Shown piece by piece: positions 37,201 through 47,207 of a DNA stretch of 58,975 bases. This stretch comes from a virus. Its lineage: Duplodnaviria > Caudoviricetes. Position numbers and translations under genes: made by a program. Numbering within the stretch: position 1 is the stretch's first letter; each line of letters starts with the position of its first letter. The DNA lies in the IMG/VR virus record IMGVR_UViG_3300044547_001686, positions 1 to 58,975 of that record. One strand, given 5' to 3'. A model generated the notes under the pieces. The model searched no databases and was not told where the DNA came from. It saw only the letters and a program-made list of their open reading frames with translations.

Positions 37201-39729
37201 TATGCCAGTGCCTGCCTTAAGCCTTCTATCGATACGAGCATTTTTCTGTCTAGAGATAATTCCAGTGTTGTTTTCTACTTCTTCTCGCCAAGAATTGGTT
37301 TGCTCAAACTCTACGTTTAAAACACTTTTAATTGACGCAGTAAAAGACTTAGGACTATCTCCACCAGATATCTTTGAGTGGCTTAGATTGAATTGGAATG
37401 GGTAATTTTGTGGAGCTACGTTAGAGAAAGAAGAAAGCGGATCTACTCTGCTAGTCGATGTTTTAGCCCTAATTTGATATGGACCAAACCCAGATGGAAT
37501 CACGAATGCGGGAGATACTTTTGTGGTATATGCGTGACACTTACTATTCTTATTTGCTATCTTAACTATTTCATAAGAAGAAGAGATTTCATTTTTTTCT
37601 ACAGAAGTGACAGCCACACTATTGGTCCACTGGACATTGGCATTAGTAAACTCTATATAGAATGATATATTGTTTTGATTTTCGTCAAAAAATCTATCTT
37701 GATATCCTGTTATTATTTTTTTTATTTCTTCTATATAATAAGTTTTAGGAGAATTTAATATGTTTCTAGCATAAAGATTAGAGCCTGCATTATTTATATT
37801 TTCATAATACTCAGCTCTTTCATCATCATAAAGAACATCTGAGTTAATAACCCAATCATTATTCCAACCAGTAGTAAAATAATGGACACTAGATCTAACG
37901 TCAATCACTGATCTAGACGATTCTATTCTGTCATTAATTGCTACTAACATACAGTTGTAGAGAAACTTATAGGGACCCTCTACGTAATCAGAAAAAACAT
38001 TTCCTTGATTTAATTTCACTGGAGTAGTTCCATAATTATTAGTAGGGATCAACGAACTGCCAGAATATATATTATTGCAGTAGTCGAATATAGGGAAGGT
38101 AGATGCAACGATGTTTCCGGCAACTAAGTTATTTGTATTGGGACTGTTCCTTAATAGGACAGAGAATTTATTTGCACCACTAGACAATACTGAATTTATA
38201 GTTGAGTTAGTGAAATATTTATAATTCTTATAATCTCCCGCTATAGTTTTTGCATAACCGTGTATTCCAGAATCAGATATAAACTCTGCATTCGATATCG
38301 TAAAACCATTATTTTTACTAGTCTCGGTCAGTAAACTGCCAGCTTGAGTTAACGTAGGGTAAGTTGGATTACTAATAGTTGCTGCAGCAGAAGATATTGT
38401 CAAGCTAGAATTAAGAGCAACTAAATCATTTGTTGAGCATTGGCTTGCATCTATTACTAGGGTTCCATTATTTGTAGTAAAATAATTACGCATTTTCTGA
38501 GACTGACTATCAGTAAGCCTCCAGTGTATAGCTGAGAATATTACGTCATAACCAGATAGGTCACCTACTGTATCTATATCTACTAGCCAATAATCTGCAG
38601 AGTCTTTATTGGAAGAGGTTGCATTTGGATTAGTTAAAGTAAAGCCAGACAAGTTAAATACAGAATCTTGCAAGTTTAATGCTACATATGGTTTAATCTT
38701 GGTTAAATCCTTGCCTTCATTGGAGGAATATAAAACTCCAACCTTGACAGTCTTTTGTAGTACTGTGTTGCCCGTTGTCTCTTGGCCATAATTAGCCTGA
38801 GAAAAATTAACACTGTTACTTATTTTGGCTACAAGCCTCCAGTTAAATATCTCAAAAACCCTGTTATCATCTAATGCTTTTCTATTTACGTATACTTGAT
38901 TACCAGAGTTTTCTATATTCAATCCATCTACTAAGGACCTTTTGTTGTTTCTTTTAACAGAGAATTTCATTACATCACCATTAGATGGGTCTATAACTTC
39001 AGACTCTTCTCTAGCTTCAGAAAATATTTTTATAGAATTTATATTCTCTTCGAATTTTAGATACTGACCAAACCAAGATCCATCTTGATTAACTTCTACT
39101 TTATCATAAACAATTTTTAGATTAGTTGGACTTGGGTCGTCCATAAGGACCACTATCCTGTGGGGGACATTTGCCAGATCCCTATTAGATGAAGTTACAA
39201 ATGACTCAAGTGATATTCTGTATTTCTTTATACCAGTTGCTGGATCGGCATAAAGCTTACCCTCGTTATCTATAACCTTAATGTGCTTAGGTATATATTC
39301 CTCTTCTAAATATTCACTTAAAGAAGCAGCAGAGAACGACCTACTTGGAATGAGAGTAAAGAATCTACTAACATAATAAGAATGAACAAATGTTTTCTGG
39401 CCCATCTCAGTAGGTGTATAGCTTCTATCTAGTGTTTCAGAATTTAAAAAAATAGAACTTACAGAAATATCATCTGAGTCAATAAGAGTATTGCCGTTTG
39501 AATCTTCTAGTATGCCAAATTGATTAGCATACATTAGCCTGTCAAACTGGCTATTGACAGTTACGTTCTCTGGGATTAAAGCCGATAGATCAACTAATGA
39601 GATATTGTTTTTAGGAGATATTTCCCTGCCAGAAAACCAACCTAGATTAACGGCATCACGGGGTACGAAATTGCCAGTCTTAATAGCTGGTTCTTTAAGG
39701 GAATCAGTTTTATCTATAAACTTTTTCAT
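34195..39729 (-). CDS. 1844-aa virion protein with peptidoglycan-binding domain
   Basis: GY...NGTFD......VKAFQ...LPADGIID..T (PG_binding_1) near 36850-37020. Confidence 0.75.
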   Translation of the reverse strand: MKKFIDKTDSLKEPAIKTGNFVPRDAVNLGWFSGREISPKNNISLVDLSALIPENVTVNSQFDRLMYANQFGILEDSNGNTLIDSDDISVSSIFLNSETLDRSYTPTEMGQKTFVHSYYVSRFFTLIPSRSFSAASLSEYLEEEYIPKHIKVIDNEGKLYADPATGIKKYRISLESFVTSSNRDLANVPHRIVVLMDDPSPTNLKIVYDKVEVNQDGSWFGQYLKFEENINSIKIFSEAREESEVIDPSNGDVMKFSVKRNNKRSLVDGLNIENSGNQVYVNRKALDDNRVFEIFNWRLVAKISNSVNFSQANYGQETTGNTVLQKTVKVGVLYSSNEGKDLTKIKPYVALNLQDSVFNLSGFTLTNPNATSSNKDSADYWLVDIDTVGDLSGYDVIFSAIHWRLTDSQSQKMRNYFTTNNGTLVIDASQCSTNDLVALNSSLTISSAAATISNPTYPTLTQAGSLLTETSKNNGFTISNAEFISDSGIHGYAKTIAGDYKNYKYFTNSTINSVLSSGANKFSVLLRNSPNTNNLVAGNIVASTFPIFDYCNNIYSGSSLIPTNNYGTTPVKLNQGNVFSDYVEGPYKFLYNCMLVAINDRIESSRSVIDVRSSVHYFTTGWNNDWVINSDVLYDDERAEYYENINNAGSNLYARNILNSPKTYYIEEIKKIITGYQDRFFDENQNNISFYIEFTNANVQWTNSVAVTSVEKNEISSSYEIVKIANKNSKCHAYTTKVSPAFVIPSGFGPYQIRAKTSTSRVDPLSSFSNVAPQNYPFQFNLSHSKISGGDSPKSFTASIKSVLNVEFEQTNSWREEVENNTGIISRQKNARIDRRLKAGTGITEISTPPKAGEVKPLGHNNIVTSESANTLASSSENNAFVYTGDISQGNTWDEYFQGKGTGTFVRYVKLTMHHAGYRKSSPTNGTFDASLSNEVKAFQTSRDLPADGIIDSRTKEELAFVWSNKSEEQLEATRVSVVDKNNYKDTGIWDYINAASKIKTASSNLLTGAPIKMINFTGSSKASNKIKMWVGIELRNDADIEKVVRAEILPTTSFGPSATSYKGIRILDWNVSNNVEFSESFYNNKTQSYQQDGIITITLDSPDFKGKWLNILLEGSVLGGTKFGPKAAGLALEQINIYYKHNDTPKIVTTPGVAEEYDPAVEATYYYWLDHTETQRINGLVEVTHNLNNISFNTVSSDITLEYLKNYGKLKSITVCEQVGQRLDTNKTLSYTGLDLALNNASYKPSSSRNELLDIANPKRIVAINSSSLVAGSVKEAGTTILSNDNFIEVSCSPAVGVAGTTFSISASSKVSSYTSATTYNATVPVSGYSLKKVSNNIVIAGKNQTNYYDGIMLLTNSNGTPFFPLNLSQVSVTLASTEDSYYSDITVSKVGASTPGLEYGFYDTRTNEFIGKTITYLRYMQSPSNIYIGVYAYDYDGNINTLKEFTSSSNGSTYIPTSVPLRAAYPVVNVISNNRNKIQLFGINGDLSKTEPWPISVSSGSFQKTINISPADARGWKSTYSGQNLIASYDTSSIGSIPWSRIYGRGYYDVIGERPLYNNPRSITLRQTPLHVVKGYPSDLSRKNVPFKPALKVYTRTSENAPWTLVPYSEIVNFNSSTGVIEFENQVISNIEGLIKVDYTIEYNKLSIKQSDGVPIPTNPFLNKDSVQINKPLYIYIMPKEVHKSENVNNSTRQIKVTEYPISPAINFTYNNNVFNKFDTVSYEPFAQLIGIIYVINTNDDENFSFTDLRVKGGGISANFDTNTILDEVSQAVSYWDVYPPMAQAYPKGGYVMVKIPSIVKRNFINPQEVYDIVRDNLTAGVVFDLYDTDGNDWGSSVTISS

Positions 39730-39731
39730 AC

Positions 39732-42700
39732 TTATTCTTCCTCATAATCATTCATTAACTTATCATAACTACTGATGATGTTAGGCGTTGAACCCAACAA
39801 CCCCATTTGATACTGCTCTGCCCTATCTAGAGGGTACCATTTTGGCGGAAGCCAATTAGGAGTAGCTGCATAAACACTGGCGTCTGAACCGTCATGATAA
39901 TTTAAAGTAAAGTTGGGAGTAGAAGACATCTTAACCCCACGCCCTAATAGTACATTTGGATTGTACAATACAGCGCCTCCTGAATGATAATTTAAGTTAT
40001 CATATTTTTCAGACCAATAAACGATATCTCCTGATACTGTAGTTGGAGTAGAAGACTGGGTTGCAGAATGTTCAGACTCTACTGCCATCATCCAATAGCC
40101 CGGCTCTAAGGAGGATGCAGCTTGTATTGGTCCTATTGTAAAGTTGCCATTGCTGTCGGATCTTACATAATTTGAATAATTATTGTTGGTGAAGATATCG
40201 TAAAGGGTTCTTCCCTTTCTCCAGTAAATTACATTATTTGAAACTGGAGTAGCACCAGATGTTATAACGCCTCTAATGTATTGCTGGCCTAATCCATCCG
40301 CTCTCAACGATGCAGTATCGGCTATAGCCTTAATTGAGTTCTGCATCGAATATTCGGTAATTATTTCAAAATTTAATACTGTTACATAGTCTTGGGTTTG
40401 TGAGTTCTCATGTGCATTAGTTGATCCATTGGCTACGCCAGAGACTGTAATATAACTTCCCGGAGTAGCAGAAGGCATAACGCCATTGTATCTGATATTG
40501 GTATATGCAAAACCATTAATGTCAGTAGTCACATATTGAGAATCAACAGTAATATACGGCCCAGTAATTCTAAAAGTTTGATATGGCTTTGAGTTTCCAT
40601 TTATGTCAACTGATTGGATTGTTATTGTAGTGTAATCATCACCATCATCTATAACATATTCTGGCTTAAGGGAAATAATAGCTGTATTAAAATTATAATC
40701 ATTATGACTTAAATATACAAAGCCCTCTTGATCCCACAATTGCAATGGGTTGACAGTTAATGATATTGGAGTTGATTGATTTATGTAATTTGATTCGTAG
40801 GTTACGTCATATGAATATATGGTAGATGGTGTAGAGTCAAATTGCATTCTGCTAATATATTTTTCACTACTAGAATCATAATAGTCATTATCTATTAAAT
40901 AAGAATTTCGCACTTTATACGTAACTCCATACTCTCTTCCTTTGACTACGGGAGTAGCTGAAGAAAATACTTCTATTTCATTAGTCTTAGTCTGCCCGTT
41001 ACTTAGAACCGTATACCCTGTGATGGCGTCTACTACGGTTACATCGTATACATCTTCATAGCCAAGATATATGTTATTGCTTGCATTGGCGTATATTGTT
41101 TCATAGTTGACTAGGGAAAGCTCAGTTGGTGTAGCCTGGTCTGGGAATGCAACTTCTCTTAATATTTCTGGAGTTGCACTACTTAAATTAATACTACCAG
41201 GTGTTGCTATATTTCTTTGTACGATGATAGGAGCACCCTGTAGGGCAACAGTTTCTAGAGAAAGAGAAAAGCCGGGGGTAACATGTGCTTCATCTACTGG
41301 ATCACTATAGATATAATGGTCTTCTTCGTTTTGGCTATACCAACCAGTATGAATATATGAATCATAGTTAGCTTTATACTGAGCGCTAACTTCTACTCCT
41401 GCAATAATAGCGGAGTTCATATCTGATTGATCTTCTATGATTGAATTAGCAAAGTATATATTTTCATCAGTATGTCTATATACAAATTCTTTGGATAAAG
41501 ATAATTCCACTCCATCTACATCATTGACTACCTCTATCTTCTTGATCGTGTAGTTCACTTTGTCAATGCCAAAAGAAGAATAATTTAAATCATATCTTCC
41601 AATTAAATTACTGTTTTGAGTAAAGTTTTCATCCTTATTATCCGGATCGGTTCTAACAACTCCAAACTCATTGACAGTTCCATCTATCATTGGGGTACTG
41701 TGCGCCGTAAATTCAGTCAAAACATCCTTAGCAAATGGGTAGTTTGCACTATCTGCGCTAGAAAAAACTATTGATGTTGGGGTTGAACCATATGGATACA
41801 GCAGTGAAGTAAAGTAATAGTTAGCAGTGCTGCCGGTTGTGTCTCTATATCCTGGATGCAATGTTGGAGTAGCAAAATTCGGGCTAAGATAAGATGCAAT
41901 TATGTTTGGCGATGAAGGTATTACGTAATCAACGCCTAAACTAGGATCGTATGCAACACCTCCAAATCCTTTAAAGGTGTCTGACTCATATATCCCATCT
42001 ATTGAAACATAGCCGAATGGAGTAGCATTATCTATGTGAACATATTCTGGAGTAGATCCTGGAGGAAAGACTATACTATTTTGTATAAAGTTTTTGTCTA
42101 AAGTAAAATCTTTTGTTTGGCTAGTATTGTTGCTGGCATTAATTTCTAAACTGCCTGGTATTTTTGGAGTAGTATAGAATCTTCTTCTTACCGCATCGTA
42201 CTGATTGGAAACTACCTTAATATCAGCTGACGTAGTTGTAAAATATGGTTTAGTAATTTTTACAGGAGAACCTATGGTAGAAGTAATTGGAGTTGCGTCA
42301 GCAAACTTTATATGAGAATTAGCAGAACCGGACATTGGGGTTGCAGATAGTTCTGTAGCATAGTAGAAGTTAACTTTATTTGTAGTAGGAGTAGCTGAAG
42401 TATTTTGGTATAGGGTGCCTGTTACTCTATTGTAAAAATTAATTCCATCTATACTGTTACCTTCTGCGTCAAATATTTTAAAAGTACTGTACTCTGGACT
42501 AGATGAATGAGTTGGTGAATAGGAGTTTGTAGGGAAAGTGTTGACGGTAGCATGATAAACAGATGGAGTAGCGTGTGATGCATGTGGTGGTAGGATTAAG
42601 GCATAGTCGAAATTAGCTGTTGCAGACGTGTTCTCATATACAGTCTGATAATAGGAGCCATAATATTCGTAGTTAACGGCAATAGGTGAATATACATCTT

Positions 42701-44381
42701 CTACTCCGGTTTTACGAATCCCATAAGCTTTAAACTTAGAGGAAAAATCTACATTAGATTCAATTGGTTCTTTGACCATAATAAGAGCGTCATTATTATC
42801 TCCGACTCCAGCTTGATAATAATTTCCAAACGGACTTGCGCTATCGTCGTAAGAAGCTTTTATTCTTCCAACTCCGGTTTGATTTTCTCCGGCGTAGTCC
42901 CAGAAGCCATCATTCCATTTAACATATCCCCAGTTAACTGGATATTTTTCATTTAAATCTGTAACAAAATTCTTAAACTCTGGCTGAGGGTTACCATCAA
43001 ATGAAAAATAGGGAGTACTGTTTTCTATGTCTTGAATCTCGAGTACTTCTGGAGTGGCACCAAGATAATTCGAATCAGGAGTAGCTCCATAGGCTGCCCA
43101 TATATCTAATTCACGACGCAAAGTAAGCTTAAAGCTATCAGAAGAAACTCCTGGAAGATTTTTATATACATCAAGAATTCTTAATTTAAAGTTAGCGTTG
43201 CTCTCTAGGTAGAGTCTACTCAAGCCAACTCGAGTACCAAACTCATCAAACCAATTCCATCTAAGAATTGGATTTTGCTCATAGATGACGCCATCTATTG
43301 TTAAGTATTGGAATAGCTTAACTGTAAACATCTCCCTATCAGCTGGACTATAGAAATAACAAAGGTCTTCTTCCCTGGCTTCATACAGTTCTTCTATAGA
43401 AGTAAGTTTAGATAAGCCTATATTATCCTCTCCCATGGCATGGAGGTGGCTAGGCGGTACGTCTGTTGTGGAATAGATCCAAGCTAACTGCGAAGTGTCA
43501 GCTGTGGATATAGCTTTATCTAGTCCAAATAAATCTTTTTGTCTTTCAAAATTTTCTGGATAATCTGCAATAAGTGCGTTCACAAACTTGCCGGCAACAG
43601 TTTGAGGAACATAAAGTTCAGGGGTTGCCTGGTCCATAGCATCTTCGTACATCTTCATCCAAGATGGGAATCTTGCTAGAATGTTTTTAGCACTCTTGCT
43701 TAAGACTGGAGGTATTGGATGCGCTATAGATACCTGAACTAATAATACAAAACCAAAATTTTCTACATCAGATGGTTCTAGTTCAGATTCTACTTCTACT
43801 TCAAATCTAGAATAACGCTTAGCATCGCTGATAAAAAGAGTTCCTACATCTGAGGAAATAGACGACAGCATCCATGGACCCTCTGACGTATCTCCTTCGT
43901 ATACCTTTATAATAAATGAAGGAGCATCTTTTGCATTTATATTAGTGAATGCACCTTTGTAGCTTATTATATCTATCTGAGAACTTGTATCAACAAACCT
44001 AAATACTTCAGCTGTTTGAGCGCCCTGTAGTACATAGTATGGAGTAGCTCCATCTTGAAGCGTAAAGATTACATACTGGCCACTTGTTTCATCGTAGTCA
44101 AATACGTTATAGGAAATTATCCCCGCTTGTTTTACAATCTCTCCATAGTTAGTAACTACCCCAGCAGTTTCACCTAATACGGTTATGCTTGGGGTGGCAT
44201 CGTAGATTATCTCTGTGCCAACAAAAGTTCTATCTCCAAGTTCATCTATGCCGAACCTAGATCTAGCAATAGAATAATTAGTATAAAACTTGTTATTATA
44301 TAAGTCGATAGATCCAGTAGACCAACTCTTACCAGACTTAATAAAGTCAAGACTTCTTAAGGCTAATATATATTGTTTCAT
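39732..44381 (-). CDS. 1549-aa virion protein with dispersed A/S-T-P motifs
   Basis: FDEFG..VGL.RL..E.N..F..RI baseplate/tail-like segment; Ig-like C-terminal region; GAAAGG RBS. Confidence 0.75.
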   Translation of the reverse strand: MKQYILALRSLDFIKSGKSWSTGSIDLYNNKFYTNYSIARSRFGIDELGDRTFVGTEIIYDATPSITVLGETAGVVTNYGEIVKQAGIISYNVFDYDETSGQYVIFTLQDGATPYYVLQGAQTAEVFRFVDTSSQIDIISYKGAFTNINAKDAPSFIIKVYEGDTSEGPWMLSSISSDVGTLFISDAKRYSRFEVEVESELEPSDVENFGFVLLVQVSIAHPIPPVLSKSAKNILARFPSWMKMYEDAMDQATPELYVPQTVAGKFVNALIADYPENFERQKDLFGLDKAISTADTSQLAWIYSTTDVPPSHLHAMGEDNIGLSKLTSIEELYEAREEDLCYFYSPADREMFTVKLFQYLTIDGVIYEQNPILRWNWFDEFGTRVGLSRLYLESNANFKLRILDVYKNLPGVSSDSFKLTLRRELDIWAAYGATPDSNYLGATPEVLEIQDIENSTPYFSFDGNPQPEFKNFVTDLNEKYPVNWGYVKWNDGFWDYAGENQTGVGRIKASYDDSASPFGNYYQAGVGDNNDALIMVKEPIESNVDFSSKFKAYGIRKTGVEDVYSPIAVNYEYYGSYYQTVYENTSATANFDYALILPPHASHATPSVYHATVNTFPTNSYSPTHSSSPEYSTFKIFDAEGNSIDGINFYNRVTGTLYQNTSATPTTNKVNFYYATELSATPMSGSANSHIKFADATPITSTIGSPVKITKPYFTTTSADIKVVSNQYDAVRRRFYTTPKIPGSLEINASNNTSQTKDFTLDKNFIQNSIVFPPGSTPEYVHIDNATPFGYVSIDGIYESDTFKGFGGVAYDPSLGVDYVIPSSPNIIASYLSPNFATPTLHPGYRDTTGSTANYYFTSLLYPYGSTPTSIVFSSADSANYPFAKDVLTEFTAHSTPMIDGTVNEFGVVRTDPDNKDENFTQNSNLIGRYDLNYSSFGIDKVNYTIKKIEVVNDVDGVELSLSKEFVYRHTDENIYFANSIIEDQSDMNSAIIAGVEVSAQYKANYDSYIHTGWYSQNEEDHYIYSDPVDEAHVTPGFSLSLETVALQGAPIIVQRNIATPGSINLSSATPEILREVAFPDQATPTELSLVNYETIYANASNNIYLGYEDVYDVTVVDAITGYTVLSNGQTKTNEIEVFSSATPVVKGREYGVTYKVRNSYLIDNDYYDSSSEKYISRMQFDSTPSTIYSYDVTYESNYINQSTPISLTVNPLQLWDQEGFVYLSHNDYNFNTAIISLKPEYVIDDGDDYTTITIQSVDINGNSKPYQTFRITGPYITVDSQYVTTDINGFAYTNIRYNGVMPSATPGSYITVSGVANGSTNAHENSQTQDYVTVLNFEIITEYSMQNSIKAIADTASLRADGLGQQYIRGVITSGATPVSNNVIYWRKGRTLYDIFTNNNYSNYVRSDSNGNFTIGPIQAASSLEPGYWMMAVESEHSATQSSTPTTVSGDIVYWSEKYDNLNYHSGGAVLYNPNVLLGRGVKMSSTPNFTLNYHDGSDASVYAATPNWLPPKWYPLDRAEQYQMGLLGSTPNIISSYDKLMNDYEEE

Positions 44382-44400
44382 CTACAGATGCCTTTCGAGG

Positions 44401-45636
44401 TTAGTCTAGCCAGATTGAGTACTCTGAAGTGACTCCATTATCTGGGTGGACAAACATTAAATGCTGACATGGTCTACTCATGGAGGAGAAATACTCTTGA
44501 GCATAGGTGTTGTGACTTTCTGGGGAACCAGAAATTCTCAAAAGACTACTACCTATAGTCATCTTCACCTGCTGGTGGTAATGTCCCATAAATACATCTT
44601 CAAAATGCTCCGGGATAGCACCATCTTTCCATCCCATTACCTTTTTATAGTAACCATAGGAAGCGCTTGGTGCAGGCATTTGGTCTCCATGAATAAGTAG
44701 AGAGCTATAGCTACCAATGGTATCTACTGCATAGAAGTTTCTCTCACCCTTGCCGTCTGGAATATTGAAGGTGATTCTAGGCTCATCCTTAAATATTAAT
44801 TCAACGATCTTATATAGCAGTCTGTCCATATTGGTCTCAGGATCATGCTGTTTTCTAGCTCTTCCGCCAACAGCACCATGGTTTCCTATAACTCCAGTCA
44901 CGTGAACATGCTTGAAATTTTGAAGGGCAGTTCTGAGGAAATTGCCAAGAATCTCAGGACCATTAACTCCAACTTGTCTGTATAGACCTGAGTCAATTAA
45001 GTGACTTTGTCCTGGGAATATCTCTTCCCCCTCAACGATATCTCCCAAAAGCCAAACATGAAGATTGTCTACTGGATGATGGGTTCTTTGGATATTGGTA
45101 ATCTCTACTAGCTTATCCGCATAGGCTTCTATTCTCTTGCCCAATACTTCGGAGTTGTAACTTGGAGTAACTTTACCCAATTGCCAGTCTCCAAAAACTG
45201 CAACAGCAGTTTCTCCTGCTCCAGCTTTTCCTGAAGTAATTTGATTCTGTTTAATAGGTGGAAGCTCAAAGTCAAGGAAGGCATCGTATGCTGCTTCATA
45301 GACAGCAAGTATGGCTTCATCTTTAACGTTCTTATTTTTTTCAGCTAATTTAGCTAATCTCTTATTCTCAGATCTGATAAAATCAAATCTATTAACTTCA
45401 GTTGGGGAATCCTCTAAGTCGACATAAGCATCGGGTTCATCATCGTCTATGTCAGAGGCTGTGTTGTACCCAGCAAATTTAAATGCTTCTGCAGCTTGTA
45501 TCTCTTTTGAATGAGAATCGTTCTTTAGTACTTCGCCCAAGAAATCCATTTCACCCTCTACAGCTAATTTAGCCTGCGTCATGTTAGGTGCTTTAATTAT
45601 ATGGTTGGTTGTGATCAAAAAATATTTTTCCGACAT
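44401..45636 (-). CDS. calcineurin-like metallophosphoesterase
   Basis: GDWQ, LGDIVE, GNHG, HGD and GHYH motifs. Confidence 0.88.
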   Translation of the reverse strand: MSEKYFLITTNHIIKAPNMTQAKLAVEGEMDFLGEVLKNDSHSKEIQAAEAFKFAGYNTASDIDDDEPDAYVDLEDSPTEVNRFDFIRSENKRLAKLAEKNKNVKDEAILAVYEAAYDAFLDFELPPIKQNQITSGKAGAGETAVAVFGDWQLGKVTPSYNSEVLGKRIEAYADKLVEITNIQRTHHPVDNLHVWLLGDIVEGEEIFPGQSHLIDSGLYRQVGVNGPEILGNFLRTALQNFKHVHVTGVIGNHGAVGGRARKQHDPETNMDRLLYKIVELIFKDEPRITFNIPDGKGERNFYAVDTIGSYSSLLIHGDQMPAPSASYGYYKKVMGWKDGAIPEHFEDVFMGHYHQQVKMTIGSSLLRISGSPESHNTYAQEYFSSMSRPCQHLMFVHPDNGVTSEYSIWLD

Positions 45637-45656
45637 GGTTGTATAACCATCTTTCT

Positions 45657-46826
45657 TTAGTAATTAGATACACCTATTATAACAGAAGAAATGTTAATAT
45701 TGCCAGCTACTATGTACTGTCTTTCAGAAGAAGGCTTAAAATCTTTTCTATTAACATTAACTCCTTTAGCAGAAGCGGTTGTTATATTGATAGATTTAAC
45801 TAAATCTGATGATTGTCTAATTCTAGCTTCAATTTCTTGCACAGAAACACTATCTCCTATACTCAATGAGTTAAGATATCTTTTAACAAAGATGGTAGCC
45901 TGGTTCTGTATGCCTATACGGAGGTTCTCTCCAGTGCCGTAGGGCAGCGTTATAACGGCCTGTAGAGAGTAGTCTATCGGCTCTGCCATAGTTACGTTCA
46001 TTCTAATCCCAATTGGCCTAATAGGAGCTATGGTATTGGTTACGGTCTGCGGAATCATCCCGATATTACCAGCTACCTCTGGGACTATAATAACATCGCA
46101 AGAGCCAAGTCCATAAGAAGCTTCTCTTATTCGGATGTCCTTGACTCCCTTAACTGAAAGCGCTGCAAACCTTAAGGCCTCAGCAGTCCCTGTTGCATTT
46201 ATTTTAACGGAAGAAATAATTCTTCTTCTATAATTGTCATCTGATTCAGAGTTTAAGACTGGGTATATCTCTTTGGGATTAGAGCAAAAAACCAAAGACC
46301 CGGCAGGCGATATGTAGTTGTGCCTAGTCAATGAGCCCACTGAAGCTACGTAGTCATTGGACTGGAAGTTTGGTTGAACGGCTCCATATCCTTTAGTCGT
46401 GCCAGAAAGGATGACAACATCTCCCACTAGGGTATAAGAGTATTGTGCGGAGGAGAAAGAGCCAACGTCGTTATAGACCAAAGTATTTTTAGGAATAATG
46501 ATATCCCCAGAACTAGCTGTGTCTAAAAAGAATTCCATATTAGCTGTAGATCTATCAAATACTAATTGATCTGATATAGTCTTTCTTTGGACATTGTAGA
46601 GTTCGCCAATTAAATCTAGGGATCTGCCTGATGCGGTGGATAAGTTTGTCTGATTGATAGCTTCTTTAAATGATTCATATAAATAAAACATCTCTGCCCC
46701 AAATGAATCGGCAAATGCTCTTGCTATAGATCCTGGAGAAGTGGCGCTAATACTAGCATTTTTTTCTAATGCACTTAGTATTCTGGCAACAATCTCTTCT
46801 TTTGTCTTTGTGTTAATAGTAGGCAT
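45657..46826 (-). CDS. baseplate J-like protein
   Basis: TASG.SLD.IG, ESDDNYRRRI and V.GV motifs. Confidence 0.85.
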   Translation of the reverse strand: MPTINTKTKEEIVARILSALEKNASISATSPGSIARAFADSFGAEMFYLYESFKEAINQTNLSTASGRSLDLIGELYNVQRKTISDQLVFDRSTANMEFFLDTASSGDIIIPKNTLVYNDVGSFSSAQYSYTLVGDVVILSGTTKGYGAVQPNFQSNDYVASVGSLTRHNYISPAGSLVFCSNPKEIYPVLNSESDDNYRRRIISSVKINATGTAEALRFAALSVKGVKDIRIREASYGLGSCDVIIVPEVAGNIGMIPQTVTNTIAPIRPIGIRMNVTMAEPIDYSLQAVITLPYGTGENLRIGIQNQATIFVKRYLNSLSIGDSVSVQEIEARIRQSSDLVKSINITTASAKGVNVNRKDFKPSSERQYIVAGNINISSVIIGVSNY

Positions 46827-47207
46827 TTACGCTCCCAAGTTCTGTTTAATGCTAAGAGTTACTGGTTGGTTGGATCCGCTCAAAATATGCACGTCAAATC
46901 TAATGACGTCTGCACTTATTGGAACTGCATCGATTGCTATGTTTTTACCTCTAAAGATATTTTCTCTTTCTAAGGCTGTGCGAATTAATTGCTTTCCAAG
47001 CTCTCCAGTTTCTGCCGACTGAGGCATACCGTACAGCCTGGACAAATCTACTCCAAGTGTTGGGTAGGCTAGGAAGTCTCCTGGCTCTGTCATCAGTCTA
47101 AGGTAAATCTGCTGGACGTCATTCTGCTTAGAGGACTGGACAAGGCCAATATCCTTATTGCCATTAACGGCCAAATCTCCATCTAGAGTTAAAAATAGAT
47201 CAGACAC
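46827..47207 (-). CDS. baseplate wedge protein (gp25/W-like)
   Basis: GDL...QQIYLRL.TEPG....P.LG..L..L.G; directly upstream of baseplate J. Confidence 0.8.
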   Translation of the reverse strand: MSDLFLTLDGDLAVNGNKDIGLVQSSKQNDVQQIYLRLMTEPGDFLAYPTLGVDLSRLYGMPQSAETGELGKQLIRTALERENIFRGKNIAIDAVPISADVIRFDVHILSGSNQPVTLSIKQNLGA

